Positions 12,419-25,390 of a stretch of 64,000 nucleotides of DNA are shown here, one piece after another. Made by a program: the position numbers and the translations under genes. This stretch comes from Mobula hypostoma (taxonomy: Eukaryota). The stretch lies in NCBI RefSeq assembly GCF_963921235.1, contig NC_086109.1, positions 15,688,001 through 15,752,000 on the forward strand. The letters are read 5' to 3'. Each line of letters opens with the position of its first letter. The stretch's first letter is position 1. The notes beneath the pieces were generated by a model. That model did no database searches. It was not told the origin of the DNA and saw only the letters and a program-made list of their open reading frames with translations.

Positions 12419-14534
12419 CAGTGGGTCAGGCAGCAGGATCTCAGCCTGAAATGTCAGCTATTTATTCGTTTCCATAGATGCTGCCTGACCTTCTGAGTTC
12501 ATCCAGTATTTTGTATGTGCTCATCTGGTACCAATATGCTTCTGGTACAAGGTCATGAATGTTGTCTCAATTTCTCTCAACTCAGAATGTTCTTTGTCTT
12601 TCAGATTTCCAGCATCTGCAGTATTTTACTTCTATAGCTGGTGGCATTCTTGATCTTGAATCACAAGTTGTCGTTCAAGCCACAGCAATAGCACGGAAAC
12701 AATTCTGACATTTCAATGCACCACTCCACCTCCCCCCAACCCCCTCTACCTGAAGTCAATGACCAGCTATTTTGTTTTGTTGAACTTGAAGGGAAAGTTT
12801 GTTGTCATGACACCATGTCACTAATTTGGGAACGCTACAGAAATGCAAGTGCCTTCTTTTAGTCTCTGTTGTCCCCTAAGGTTAACATGGAAGCTACCTG
12901 ATCACTATTTAAGAGAACTATGTTCTCCTGTTCACCAGCTGGCAGTTCCCAAGTTCAAGTTCTAGTTTATTGTCATTCAACCACATGTATACCACCAAAC
13001 AAAACTGTGTTCCTCCTTACCAAGGTGCACAACACACAGTTGATACAACTCACACACAACACATCAAGTAATATTCCCACAAATAAACTAACATGCAATA
13101 AAATATATTCCAGAAGACTGAGATTTAGTATAAGGTGCATTTAGGACACAAGTGAAAAAATAAACAGTATTTTATTTCTGAGTGACATACAACGCTACTG
13201 GTGCTTCATAAGTGAAGAGATCTGGGAGTTCAGTAGTCTCACAGCCTTGGGGAAAGAATCTGTTTCCCATTTTAATACTGTAGTCCTGTTCTAATACTAT
13301 GATACCTCTAGCCTGATGGTAGGCAGTCAAAGAGATTGTGGAATGGATGGGCGGGAACCTTGACAATGCTGAGGGGCCTGCAGTGCGCCAGCTAATTATC
13401 TTGGGTGGGTGGATCCTTAAACTACGGTTACAACATGGATTATCTCATCATTATCTCAGTCCTGTTGGTGGACCATTTTGAATATTAGTTTATTATTTGG
13501 CTTTTTGCCATCATAACCATGACTGCCCTTCAGACATCAGCAGAGATAAGGAAAACAGACATTTTAAGTGGTAAAAGAATCCATATAAATACAGTTTTTT
13601 AACCTTATTAAAACAATAGACTGCAGATTTCTTAGTGCAAATTTAGAAATACAATCTAATTTGGAGCTTTCAATGAAGAAATGTCTTTATTTATGTAGAG
13701 TCTATGGATTCTACTCTCCAAGGGTGGAATTTGATAGCCATCCTGAATTGAATTGATTTACTGAACCATGCTAGTCTCATGTCAACGAGCAGCTTGCTTC
13801 TTTTTCTTAATGACAATCCAGTAGTTTTGTGGCTTACATTACTAATACCAAACTTTAAAATTCAAAATGTCATTACTTGAATTCAAATTCCCAGCTGATA
13901 GGGCACTTAACCTCTTGATCCCAGATCAGTAGTCTAGGTCAGTAGCAGCTCTTCCGGGAGCTTAACGTCAATACTGCTAGCCACCATCCCTTACTCTTCA
14001 CCTCTGCCCATCCCATCCTTGGGATGTCACAAAACACTTTGCATTTGTGTACGTTTGAAGTGTAGTTTAGATTCATGTAAATTTGAAAATGAATTACGAC
14101 TACAAGCATTTGCAAGTGATTCGCAGCTCTGATTGCCATAGAAAGGTTCAACTACTGCAACACAAAGGATTAAATACCCAGAAGTGAATTACAAACTGGA
14201 ATCTAATTGATTAGTTCAGATCACGAAATAACTCGCAATGAGATTCTGAGATGTGCTTTTGCTTTTCACTCATTTGCTCAATATTCCAGTGGCTTCTAAA
14301 ATAGAATCAGTATCACTTTTGTCCAGGAATTATTATGCTGTGGACCCCTGCTTTAGTCTGAAGACTGTAGTGATGATCACATCTTTACGGGAAAATGCCC
14401 CACCGGGGTCTGCTAGGTGACACTGAAAAGCTTGTCCGGATCAAACCCTGTTAAATCCTGCAGGCTGGCGAAAATAATTCATAGAACTGAGTTAGGCTCA
14501 AAATAGTGTCAATTTTATGGATCCTTCCCAACAA

Positions 14535-15572
14535 TGAAAGCAGAGGGTCGTGGTGGAGGGAGTACATTCGGATTGGAGGGTTGTGACTAGTGGTGTCCCA
14601 CAAAGATCTGTTCTGGGACCTCTACTTTTCGTGATTTCTATTAACGACCTGGATATGGGGGTAGAACGGTGGGTTGACAAGTTTGCAGATGACACAAAGG
14701 TTGGTGGTGGTGTGGATAGTGTAAAGGATTGTCGAAGATTGCAGAGAGACATTGATAGGATGCAGAAGTGGGCTGAGAAGTGGCAGATGGAGTTCAACCC
14801 AGAGAAGTGTAAGGTGGTACACTTTGGAAGGACAAACTCCAAGGCAGAGTACAAAGTAAATGGCAGGATACTTGGAAGTGTGGAAGAGCAGAGGGATCTG
14901 GGGGTACATGTCCACAGATCCCTGAAAGTTGCCTCACAGGTAGATAGGGTAGTTAAGAAAGCTTATGGAGTGTTAGCTTTCATAAGTCGAAGGATAGAGT
15001 TTAAGAGTCGTGGGGTAATGATGCAGCTCTATAAAACTCTGGTTAGGCCACACTTGGAGTACTGTGTCCAGTTCTGGTCGCCTCACTATAGGAAGGATGT
15101 GGAAGCATTGGAAAGGGTACAGAGGAGATTTATCAGGATGCTGCCTGGTTTAGAGAGTATGCATTATGATTAGAGATTAAGGGAGCTGGGGCTTTACTCT
15201 TCGGAGAGAAGGAGGATGAGAGGAGACATGATAGAGGTATACAAGATATTAAGAGGAATTGATAGAGTGGACAGCCAGCGCCTCTTCCCCAGGGCACCAC
15301 TGCTCAATACAAGAGGACATGGCTTTAAGGTAAGGGGTGGGAAGTTCAAGGGGGATATTAGAGGAAGGTTTTTTACTCAGTGTGGTTGGTGCGTGGAATG
15401 CACTGCCTGAGTCAGTGGTGGAGGCAGATACACTAGAGAAATTTAAGAGACTACTAGACAGGTACATGGAGGAATTTAAGGAGGGGGGTTATATGGGAGG
15501 CAGAGTTTAAGGGTCGGCACAACATTGTGGGCCAAAAGGCCTGTACTGTACTGTTCTATGTTCCATGTTCTA
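14535..15572 (+). mobile_element. Relatively young 5'-truncated CR1 LINE (RT C-terminal half plus 3'UTR)
   Basis: ORF 14550..15173: SGVPQRSVLGPLLF..KFADDTK..WQMEFNPEKC..LVRPHLEYCVQFWSP; frame continues past the TAG at 15171; TTCTATG-like tail at 15554-15572. Confidence 0.92.
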
Positions 15573-16787
15573 TAATACCAGCTCCACATCCTAACTCCAT
15601 ATACATCCCACTTCCTTGCTTTTTACCCAGATGCAGATTCAGACACTCAGCATTGCTGAGTATTTTGTTAGACTTTCTCCTTATATTCTCTGCACAGTTG
15701 ACAGCAGCATTAATTGAATAAAACAGTGGTCTTTTTCTGCTGAAGCAAACAGTGATACAAGACAGAACTCGAGTTTCTGACCTCCTTCTTTGCCATAGTT
15801 TTCTACTGATGCACCCAGCCCCACCATCCCCTGGTATCTTTCAGACTTGAGCAATGTTGGATTGGACTGTATAATTGTGATTTCTCTTGTAGTTTAACTT
15901 TGTTATGCTTGTGTTTTTTTTATACAATTACCTACATAAATGTAATTGTTCAATGTGGCTTTTTTTAGTGCTTGCAGTTGCTTTGTATCTTTGTAGAAAC
16001 TTCTTGGTTTTTTGAGGCAGGCATTGCATTACTTGAATGGGGGCTATTTTAGTGGTTGTGTCAAGCAATGGAATTTGAATTTCTCAGTAAACTGGTATAA
16101 AATCAGACCACATTAGATTGGTCTCTTTTCACCTTTGTCTTCCCTTCTCTACTAGGCTCTGTTTTCACTCTTTCCCTTATTACTTTGTTCCTTCAGCATC
16201 TAATAAAAATGGCTGTAAGCAACAAATTTTGTGACTCATTCTTGACTTCTGAAGAACCCCAGATCAGAAACATCATGATCCAACAGAAACTAAAAGCAGG
16301 GTTGCAAATGTGCTTAGTAGAGGGATACATCGCGGCAAGCCTGAAAGCGCAGATGCATATGATCATTATAAATATTATGAACATTCCATGCACCCCCACA
16401 GATACTTTATGAACATTTACGAGGCTCTAAGATGTGCACATGGATGAAAGAAAAAATGAAGGGCTATAAAAGAGAAGGGTTAGATTGATCTCAGTGGAAG
16501 TTATTAAGTCAGCACAACATCGGGGCTAAAGGGCTTGCCTTGTGCTGTACTGTACTGTTCTATGTTGAGCCAGTTGAAGTGTGAAACGTGAGGACAAATG
16601 ATGTTTGTGCTGAACTGCAAATAACTGCAGATGTCGGAAATTCGATTCGCCTGAAAATATCTGGAGTACTCAGCAAGTCAGTCAGCATCTATGCAGAGAG
16701 GAACACTGAGATAATGTTTCAGTTCGATGACCTTTCATCAGAACTGGGAACAGTTAGAGGTTAAATGTATTGTAAGTTGTCAGAAAG

Positions 16788-18820
16788 CGGGGGGGGCGTC
16801 ACGTGATGACGTGGGATTGAGATGTGTAAATCCACCTCTCCCGTAAAAAATCAGCAAAGTACCGTTTAAACAAAGTAAAGTTAATAAATACTTCCTGAAA
16901 ACTACTTATAAACTTCATAAGACTACTCTATGATATGCCTCGTAAACTGCAACAGAAGAAGTCTGTTGTTGTGAAGTCACCGCGAGATGGGAAGAAAAAA
17001 GGGCCTACTGCAGCGACGGAGCCTCGGATTCAGGTTGGATCTCCTTCAGAGGAGACGCATTTTATCTCTGGCGTAGAAGAACGGGGAGCAATGGCGGCGG
17101 TAGCGGTCTCTCGGAAGAAGATGCCGGAAATGCGCATGTGCAAAGAAGTACGCATGCACAAATCGACACAATTTAAACTACAAGAACCAACGGCCACTGC
17201 AACTGAAAGTGACTCAGAGTCAGAATTGGATACTGCAGAGAATACAGATGATGAAGAGGAGGAAGAACTGAAAGAGACAGGAAGTAAAGGAGACGACAGA
17301 GACATAAGAGAGGCTTTATTGCAATTAACGGCTGAACTAAGAAAATTAAGAACAGAGCTTAGAGAGGTGAAGATGTGCTATGATAAAGCTATGAAAAGAC
17401 AGGATAAAATGGATAAGAAACTTCAGAAGATGGAAAGAACAATGGAGCATATTAACGATAGAGTGGAAAAAACAGAAGATGATGTGCTTGTCTGGAACAC
17501 GGAAAGAAATCGACTCTTGGAGAAAGTGGACGTGTTGGAAAATTTTAGTAGACGTAATAACATTAAAATTGTTGGTCTTAAAGAAGGTACAGAGGGAGAT
17601 AATCCAATAGAATTTTTTCAAAGATGGATCCTGAAAACCTTGCAAATGAAAGAGGAAGACCGATCAATTGAAATTGAGCGGGTACATAGAGCTCTAAGAC
17701 CAAAACCACAAGATGACCAATATCCACGATCAATTTTAATAAAATTCTTAAGATTTCAAGACAAAGAAAGGATTCTACAGGCGGCTGCCCAAGCTGCCAA
17801 GAAGAGAAAAGGGCCACTGATGATAGAAGGGAAGAAAATTTTTTCTACTCTGACATAAGTTATGAACTTTTGAAAAGAAGAAAGAAGTTTAATCCAGTGA
17901 AAAAAGCCCTATGGGATCACGGTTATCAATTTATATTGCGTTATCCTGCAACCTTGAAGATCTTTTTTGCCTGGTGGAGAAAAAAGATGTTTTGACGATT
18001 ACCGGAAAGTGGAGGAGTTTGTGCGAGATTCTTTGAATATTCACCAGATACAAGAACAAACTTAGGGGAGCGAGATGGATTGAAGATGAAGACTGGATCA
18101 AGGATTAGGCCTGTTGAATTTTTAGGTGGATGAATATATAAATATATTATTAATTATATGAGGGAGGGGAAGGAAGGTTAAAATTTGAGGAATATTAGCT
18201 GCGAATAATAACATTAATTTTTTATAATTAATTATATATATAATTTTTTTGTTACAGGGGAGCTGGAAGAAACACTGACCAATCGCTACATTATTCATGT
18301 GTGCAAGCATGGCAATAGCCACGACCCGCACAATGGAGAGGGGTAGTGTTGTGTATCTTTTCATTCACAACATTAGTGGGGGGGTATTTTGTTTTTTTCT
18401 TTTTTTGTATCTTATTTATCTTTTTTTTCTTTCTGCCTGGATGATTGGGAGGGAAACACATAGCAACGTGGTGAAGTTCAAAGAGATTCCCCAGGGAACT
18501 ATGAGAGTTGAGAAGCTCAGTAATGTTTCAGACTTTAAGAGATAAATATGTAACATTTTTGAATATTTGGAGCCCTTATTTATAGCTCCAATGATGAAAA
18601 TCTTAGTTCCTTGGGGGAAAGTAACAAATATATATTAAATTTATTTTTATCCCATGGAGCATGTGCAAACCTTCCAATATTCAGGCGGTTCCTTTTTTTT
18701 CCTTTTTTTCTTTTCTTTTTAGGTAGGAGTATATATCGGGGGGGGGTTAAGGGGAGGGGGGAGGGTAGATATTTTTTTCTCATGTATCACTTTGAAAACA
18801 ATAAAAATTATATTAAAAAA
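16788..18820 (+). mobile_element. ORF1-only L1 derivative (half-L1/HAL1-like), 2.03 kb, with 14-bp TSD
   Basis: TSD AAGTTGTCAGAAAG at 16774-16787 and 18819-18832; G-run 5' end; AATAAA plus A-rich tail at 18800-18820; ORF1 present, no EN/RT coding sequence. Confidence 0.85.
16935..18065 (+). pseudogene. L1 ORF1p (coiled coil, RRM, CTD); 376 aa if two compensating T-run frameshifts are corrected
   Basis: 307-aa ORF with LENFSRRNNIKIVGLKEG, IEIERVHR, PRSILIKFLRFQDKERIL; after -1 T (about 17840) reads FFYSDISYELLKRRKKFNPVKKALW..LRYPATLKI, after +1 T (about 17965) FLPGGEKRCFDD..VEEFV to TAG 18063-18065. Confidence 0.88.
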
Positions 18821-19473
18821 GTTGTCAGAAAGATGGAGGGATGGAGAGAACAAAAGAAACAGCTGTGTGTTTGGTGGATACCGTGAGAGACGGAAGGACA
18901 CAGTGAGTGGTGGAGATGGCTGAGACAGGATGGTGAAGGCTTGTTAGTCACAGCTGATCTATCGAGACACGAGGACAAGAGAAGTTAGGAGCAGGAAGTG
19001 ACTACTTGCTTCTTCACCTCTTCGACCTGCTCTGCCATTCAGCTTCTAGCTCAAGCACCATTTTCCTTCTTATCCCTTGAAGTTTTAACACACAGGAATC
19101 TATTGATCTCTGTTTTAAATATACTCTGCAAGCAAACGAATCTCCAGAGTCCTTTGGGGTGGAGAATTCTGAAGATTCACCACCTTCTCAGTGAATAAAT
19201 TTCCTCAGTTCAAACCTAAATGGCCTCTCTCTTATTTTGACACCATGACCTCTAGACGTAGACTCCTTGACAAGGGAAATCATTCTCCCTGCATCAGCCT
19301 TGCTGAGCCCTTTAAGAATCTTGATGAGGTCACTTTTCATCCTTCTACACACTATATAGAAGTCTAGCCTAAACCTCTCTTCAAATGACATTGAACCAGT
19401 CTACGTTCCCTCTGTAATGAATGTAGGTGTGTATAGGTCATTTGAAATAGCACATACAAAAAGCTTCTCCAAG

Positions 19474-19896
19474 AGGACCACAACCTTCTTGTGGTTTGGA
19501 AGCTTGCATGCCTCAATGACCCAGAGGGCTATGTTGGCTGGAATCAGGACTTTATGCTTTGGCTCTTGGTAGGGTCACCCATGCCAAAGAGGTCAAAGGG
19601 TAGAGGACAGACTAAGAGTGCTCTACTGGTCCTGCAGGGTCAGGGGTTCAGCTCAGGGCTATCAACCCTAACTGGTAAAACAACATTGCTATGGAAACAG
19701 CAAAGAAGAATCCTTCCCATATGACCGTGATGACATTCCTGAGTCTCTACCTGGGAGCTGCATGACTGACAGTAGGGAAAACTGAGAGAAAGCTACTGAC
19801 ACAATAAAGAAAGCCCTGAACACCACCAAAGATGGAGGACCTTCATTGTTACCATAAATGCTAGTGGCATAACAGGCAGTAAGTAAGTAAGTAAGC
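19474..19896 (+). mobile_element. Short non-autonomous RTE-related element with (GTAA)n tail; second copy at about 48160-48587 (-)
   Basis: The two copies are reverse-complement homologues; GGGTCACCCATGCCAA..GGTCAAAGGGTAGAGGACAGACTAAGAG resembles RTE 5'UTRs. Confidence 0.55.
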
Positions 19897-20899
19897 ATAC
19901 AAAATGCTGGAGGGACTCCACCATCAGCAGAATCTCTGGTGTTCATGTTATTTGAAGAAACTTCTCATCTGAATGTACACTAATCAACTGAAGGAAATTT
20001 TACCTCACTTAATTAAGTGATGAGGCCAAAGTTGGATCTTTACTTTCTGTACATAGTAGGAACTAGGCTGGAAGCTCAGGGTATAATGGTGAGGCAAAAA
20101 TGGAAAAGCAAATATCTTTTTACCTCTGAAATCTTTATTATTTTCTAATCTACATCTCACTGGATCAATCATGCCTGACAGGCAGTCAGTACAGACATAA
20201 AACAAACTCAAAATCTCAAATAATTCTTTGAAATGAATAGGCAATGCAATTTTTTTTCAAGAATCATATTCACGGAGTGCTAAGGTTAACATCTATTTTG
20301 GGTCTATATAGTTTATGACATCCTTAGGAAAAATCGATTGAATCATTGTCGTTTTAACTCAATGCCAGGCATTTCCGATCCTTTATAGATTATAGCGCAC
20401 ATTTATTGGTTTTAAAATCAAATCAGACAGTCAGCTATTATTTCTAACCACACTGTGGAGTACTTAGAAACACTTGCATCTTGGAGTAAGGGCCATATTT
20501 TCCTGTCAGGCTACACTACATATGACAACATGATAGGGAAGGATACCTAATAAATCTCTGGTAGATTAATTGATTGCAGTGTATCAATGTCGCAGTGATG
20601 GTGAAAGATCATGACTCTTTCTGAATATGACCTCTTTTTCATAGACAGTTGATTGGGATGGGATGGAGTACGCTTTCCAGCTTTATGGATTCTGAGGTGA
20701 TTGATGAGGCCAATGGGTGAATTTTAGACACAAGAGATTCTGCAGTTGCTGGAACTGATCAGGTCAGGGACCTATGGTTAGTTTCTAAGGAGATCCGTTG
20801 TTTCTGATCCTTATGTAGCTCTTGATGTGTGATTTTGAGGTTTTCCATCTTGTCAAAATGCTCTTTCTCCACTGTGGGTGGGCATGAGTCAGAGACAGC

Positions 20900-21260
20900 A
20901 TGGGAATGCAGACACGACACTTGAACTTTCACATCTTCCATTCTCTTTGCCTGGTGACCCAAACAGTCTTTACAGGCGATGCAGAAATTCACTTGCACTT
21001 CTTCTACGTTCAGCGGTCATGTTGTGGTCCCAACATTGGAGAAACCGAATGCAGTTTGAGTGAACGCTTTGTGGAACATCTGCATTGAGTCTGCAGGGGT
21101 GACCATCGGCTTCTAGTTATCTGCCACCCATTCTCCACCCAACTCCATCTCCTGTAGTGATCCAATAAGGTCAAATGTGAACTTGAGGAACAACACCTCA
21201 CCTTCTGTCTGGACATGTTACGGCCTTCTGGATGAATTCTCCAATTTTAGGTAACTCATA
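20900..21260 (+). mobile_element. Penelope-like GIY-YIG endonuclease relic
   Basis: Degenerate translation ..FTCTSS..CG.NIGET..SLSERFVEHL...ELEEQHLTF.L. Confidence 0.7.
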
Positions 21261-23327
21261 ATTTTTCAGTCTGCTTCAGAAATGGGCAGTTCCATCAGTT
21301 ATTTTGATTCAGTTTTTCTACTTTCTATTAGTATAGTCTAGCTTGCTGAATATATCCTGCAGTCTTGCCATCAACACATTGCACAGACAAAACAGCGTAA
21401 TGTGCACTAATTGTCACTTCAACTCATTTGGTCTCAACCAATCAGAGATGTTCCTTTTGTTCTAACAATTCCTTCTCCTCTTACGCAGGGTAGGCAGGAG
21501 ATTGGGGCTGAAAGAAAAATTGGATCAGCCATGAAGAAATATCAAAGCAGACTTGATGGGCTAAATGGCCTAATTCTGTTCCTATGGTCTTTCATCGTCA
21601 CTGAAAGCTAATTTGTTTTCTTTCTTTCCAGTTCTGATAAAGGGTCTCAAACCTGTTTCCTTCTTCATGGATACTGCCTGATCTCCTGAGTGTTCTTGGC
21701 ATTCCTCATTTTATTTCAGATTTGTAGCTCCTACAATTTTTTTTGTTCCATTAAGAGCACTGTCACAAGATGAATATAAAACTGCATTAGCAAGAGGGAA
21801 ACACTGCCAATTTACTGGATACATTAGATTTTTCCTGTATAATTCCTGAAAATGATGGGTCAGTTCGTAATAATCTTGCCACTTAACAGAAGGATGTGAT
21901 TAAGCCCATCCTAGAGACTTACTCAAAAGCATTTCATCCAGGCTGGCACATACACTGCAGTGCTGAAGGACTCCTGTTCCGTTGGAGGTGATGTCCTTCA
22001 GATGAAAAGTTGAACTGAGATCCTGTTTGTCTTTAAATTGGGGAGGGGAGAGTGGCCACTTTATTAGGTACATCTTTAGATATTTGCATTGATGAGCAGA
22101 TGTAAGCAGCCAATCATGTGGCAGCAATTCAATGCATAAAAGCATGCAGAGATTCAGTTGTTTAGACCAAACATCAGAATGGGGAAGAAATGTAATGCAA
22201 GTGACTTTGACCATGGAATAATTGTTGACGCCAGATGGGTTGGTTTGAGTATCTCAAAATACTACTGATCTGGGATTTTCACGCACAACGGCTTTCTAGA
22301 ATTCATAAAAAGTCATCTGAGAAATGAAAATGAAACATCCAGTGAATGGCAGTTCTGGGTGAAAGTGACTTGTTAATAAGAGAGGTCAGAGATGGAAATC
22401 ATAAACACAAGGAATTTAGCAGATGCCGGAAATCCAGAGCAACATACACAAGATGCTGGAGGAATTCAGCAGGTCAGGCAACATCTTCAGAAATGTACAA
22501 ACAGTTGACGTTTTTGGGCTGAGCCCCTTCTTCAGGACTGACTATGAAGGGGGAAGATGCCGGAATAAAAAGGTGGTGGGGAAGGGAAGAGAAAGTGATC
22601 GGTGAAGCCAGGTGGGTGGGAAAGATCGAAGGTTGGAGATGAGGGAGAACAGTGGAGCATAGGAGAAAGGGAAGGTGAAGAGGCACCGGGGGAGGCAGAC
22701 GAACAATGTAAGAGGCCATAGAAGGAGAGGGGAGGGAATATTTTTATGAGAAGGACAAATTGATATTTATGCTATCAGGTTGTAAGCTATCCAGATGGAA
22801 TATAAGGTGGCACATTTTCTACTCCAAGAGGGGGGAGAAAAAAGAGAACAAAAGCAAATAAGCCGATATCACAGACAATGGCAGCACGTGGCATAATGCT
22901 TTACAGCAGCAGCTGTAACATTGAAGTTCAATTCCCACTGCTGAGCTTAAGAGTTTATACAAGTTTTCTTCGGGCGCTCCAGTTTCCTCCCACCTTCCAA
23001 AACCATACTGATCAGTAAGTTGTGGGCATGTACGTTGTCACTGGAAGCATGGCAACACTTGTGGGCTGCCTGCATCACACCTTGGATTGTGTTGGTCAAT
23101 GACACAAACAACACATTTTATTGTATATTTCAATGTTCGATGTAATTCTGACAGCTAAATTCTGTGATTGCATGAGTTTCCTTTGTGTGCTTCGGTTTCT
23201 TTCCATGTTCCAAAGTAAGAAGGTTAGTAGATTAAATGGCCATTGTAAGATTACACTTGCATGTACCGAAGTGGTAAGAATCTGGGGAACTGTAGTGGTA
23301 TTGGGAGAAGAAATTGTGATCAGTATC

Positions 23328-23705
23328 ATCATCATCATGTTCCGTGTCATATAACGTGGGTGATCATGGACTCCATGACCATGATTGTTCTCGGTAAATT
23401 TTTCTACAGAGGTGGTTTGCCATTGTCTTCTTCAGGGCAGTGTCTTTCCAAGATGGCTGACACCAAACCATTATCAATACTCCTCAGAGATTGTCTTTCT
23501 TGCGTCATGTTGGTTGCCTTTCAGATCTGCACCAACTGCTCATATGACCAACCACCTGCTCCCATGTCTTCACTGGACACTGATTTGGTGGGGGGAGGGG
23601 ATATCCAAATAGGTGCTACACCTTTCCCAAGGGTGACCTGCAGGCTAGTGGATGGAAGGAGAAACTTGCACCTCCTTTGGCAGAGACATATTTCCACCAT
23701 GCCAT
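23328..23705 (-). mobile_element. SINE-like/RTE-related repeat with (ATG)n tail; opposite-orientation copy at about 26435-26765
   Basis: Shared blocks CATGACCATGATTGTTCT.GG.AAATTTTTCTACA and CCCAAGGGTGACCTGCA between the two loci. Confidence 0.6.
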
Positions 23706-25151
23706 CCAGGGATCAGTATAAATGGGCTCTTGAAGGTTGACATAGATTCCATGGGCCTAATGGCCCATATCCATGCTAACAGTCCCTGGTCTTTGGAGGC
23801 CAGTAGGTGGGCTGTCCTGGGTTTGAGAACTGTGGGTGTATGTATATAAGTGGGAGGGAGAAAAGGCACTTGTTTGCTGTTGTTTTGTTGCTGGTGTTTA
23901 TTCTACTGAACATCGTGGGCATGCTCTCTTAGTTCTGGGCCAGAAAGTATGGTGATACTTGAGGGTTGCCCCCAGCACATGCTCAAATTGTGTTGTGTGT
24001 TGACATAAACAATTTACTTCGCTGCATGTTTCAATGTATCATGTGGTAAATATATGAATCTGAATCTGAGTATGCCCATGAACTGAGATCTATCTCCTAT
24101 CAATCCACAGCAAGGAGGCAGTATGATTCCATAATGATTTAATATTCTCCTTGCATTCAATGCTGGCAATTGCTTCAGGATACATTGAGCCTTCCCCCCA
24201 TCCAGGTGCAAGTTGTATCACTTCTTATTAAGTGACTCTCCTTTTATAGGTTGGAAGTGAGTATATGCTCTCTGACTGTTGACTGCAGTCTTTAGATTAG
24301 TGCTGTTTTGTGTTGTTGTGAGACATCTTTGTAATCTGCACCAGTCTGTGTGAGCCATTGTTTCCCTTTGACAACTGAATTGGGTGTTCTTTTCAGGCAA
24401 TGTGCTCTTGCCGTTTTAATGTGCTCAGTTGTGTTCTAGCAATTATGTTTGTAATCAGCCTCTCAGGCAACCCGATGTTTTGTACAATGCGGAGGGTGTC
24501 CAGCTGAAATGGAGTCAGAATGATTGCATGGTCTCACTTTAAACAAATTATAAATCTCTCCCAAGTTATATTTGAGGTTCATATGACAAAATGCTTTATC
24601 CTCTGTGGGCATGACCAACCTCTCTTAGCACCTGTGTCCAAATTACACTGTAAGCAATCTTCTGCAGGTTCTTGTTCTAAGTGGTTTTGATATGTGGCCT
24701 GTAGGTTGTAAAATCTTATTTGTATAGCTGATGCTGACTAGATCATTATTAACAGGGGTGTCAATGTCTGGGGTATTCAGCATCTTGTGCTCCCAGCCTC
24801 CATCCCTGCTTCTGCAAGAGAATGGGTGCTATTTTCTTGCGCCAGCGCTCCTTGTAGGAGTGCTCAACGGTGGAGAGTTGGTTTCCTGTGATGGACTGGG
24901 CTGTATGCATCACTTTTTGTAGGCTTTTCCATCCTTGGGCTTTGGTGTTTCCATACCAGGCCATGATGCTACCACATACATTGGTGAATGATATGATGCA
25001 TTCTTTGGCCACAGTCACTCGGGCTGAGCCTTAACAGCAGTGTTACACATGGGAGGAAGGCTGGATCTGTGAAATCGTACCACATAGAAATCTGCAAGTT
25101 TTCTTGAAAGAATGGATGTTGCTGGATGGAGAAAACTATTTACTTTATTGA

Positions 25152-25390
25152 GTAACACACAAAAGCTGGAGGAACTCAACAGGTCAGACAGCACCTATGG
25201 AGGGAAATAAACAGTCGATGTTTTGGGCCAAGAATCTTCATCAGGACCTTCAAGAGTCCTGATGAAGGGCTTCGCCACAAAACATCGACTTTTTATTCCT
25301 TTCCATGGACGCTGCCTGACCTGTTGCATTCCTCCAGCTTTTTGTGTGTGTTGCTCTTGACATCCAACATCTGCAGAAGCTCTTGTGTTT
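25152..25390. repeat. Fold-back pair of Penelope-derived terminal units, each with a decayed hammerhead core
   Basis: About 95-bp inverted arms converging on CTTCATCAGGAC-cttcaaga-GTCCTGATGAAG. Confidence 0.75.

Noticed and set aside
16185..16412. Overlapping ORFs on both strands, each near an acceptor-like CAG
   Set aside because: No matching donor and no recognisable protein similarity
19490..19620. Twister-like ribozyme in the RTE-related leader
   Set aside because: Some pairing potential, but the twister core and both pseudoknots could not be assigned by eye
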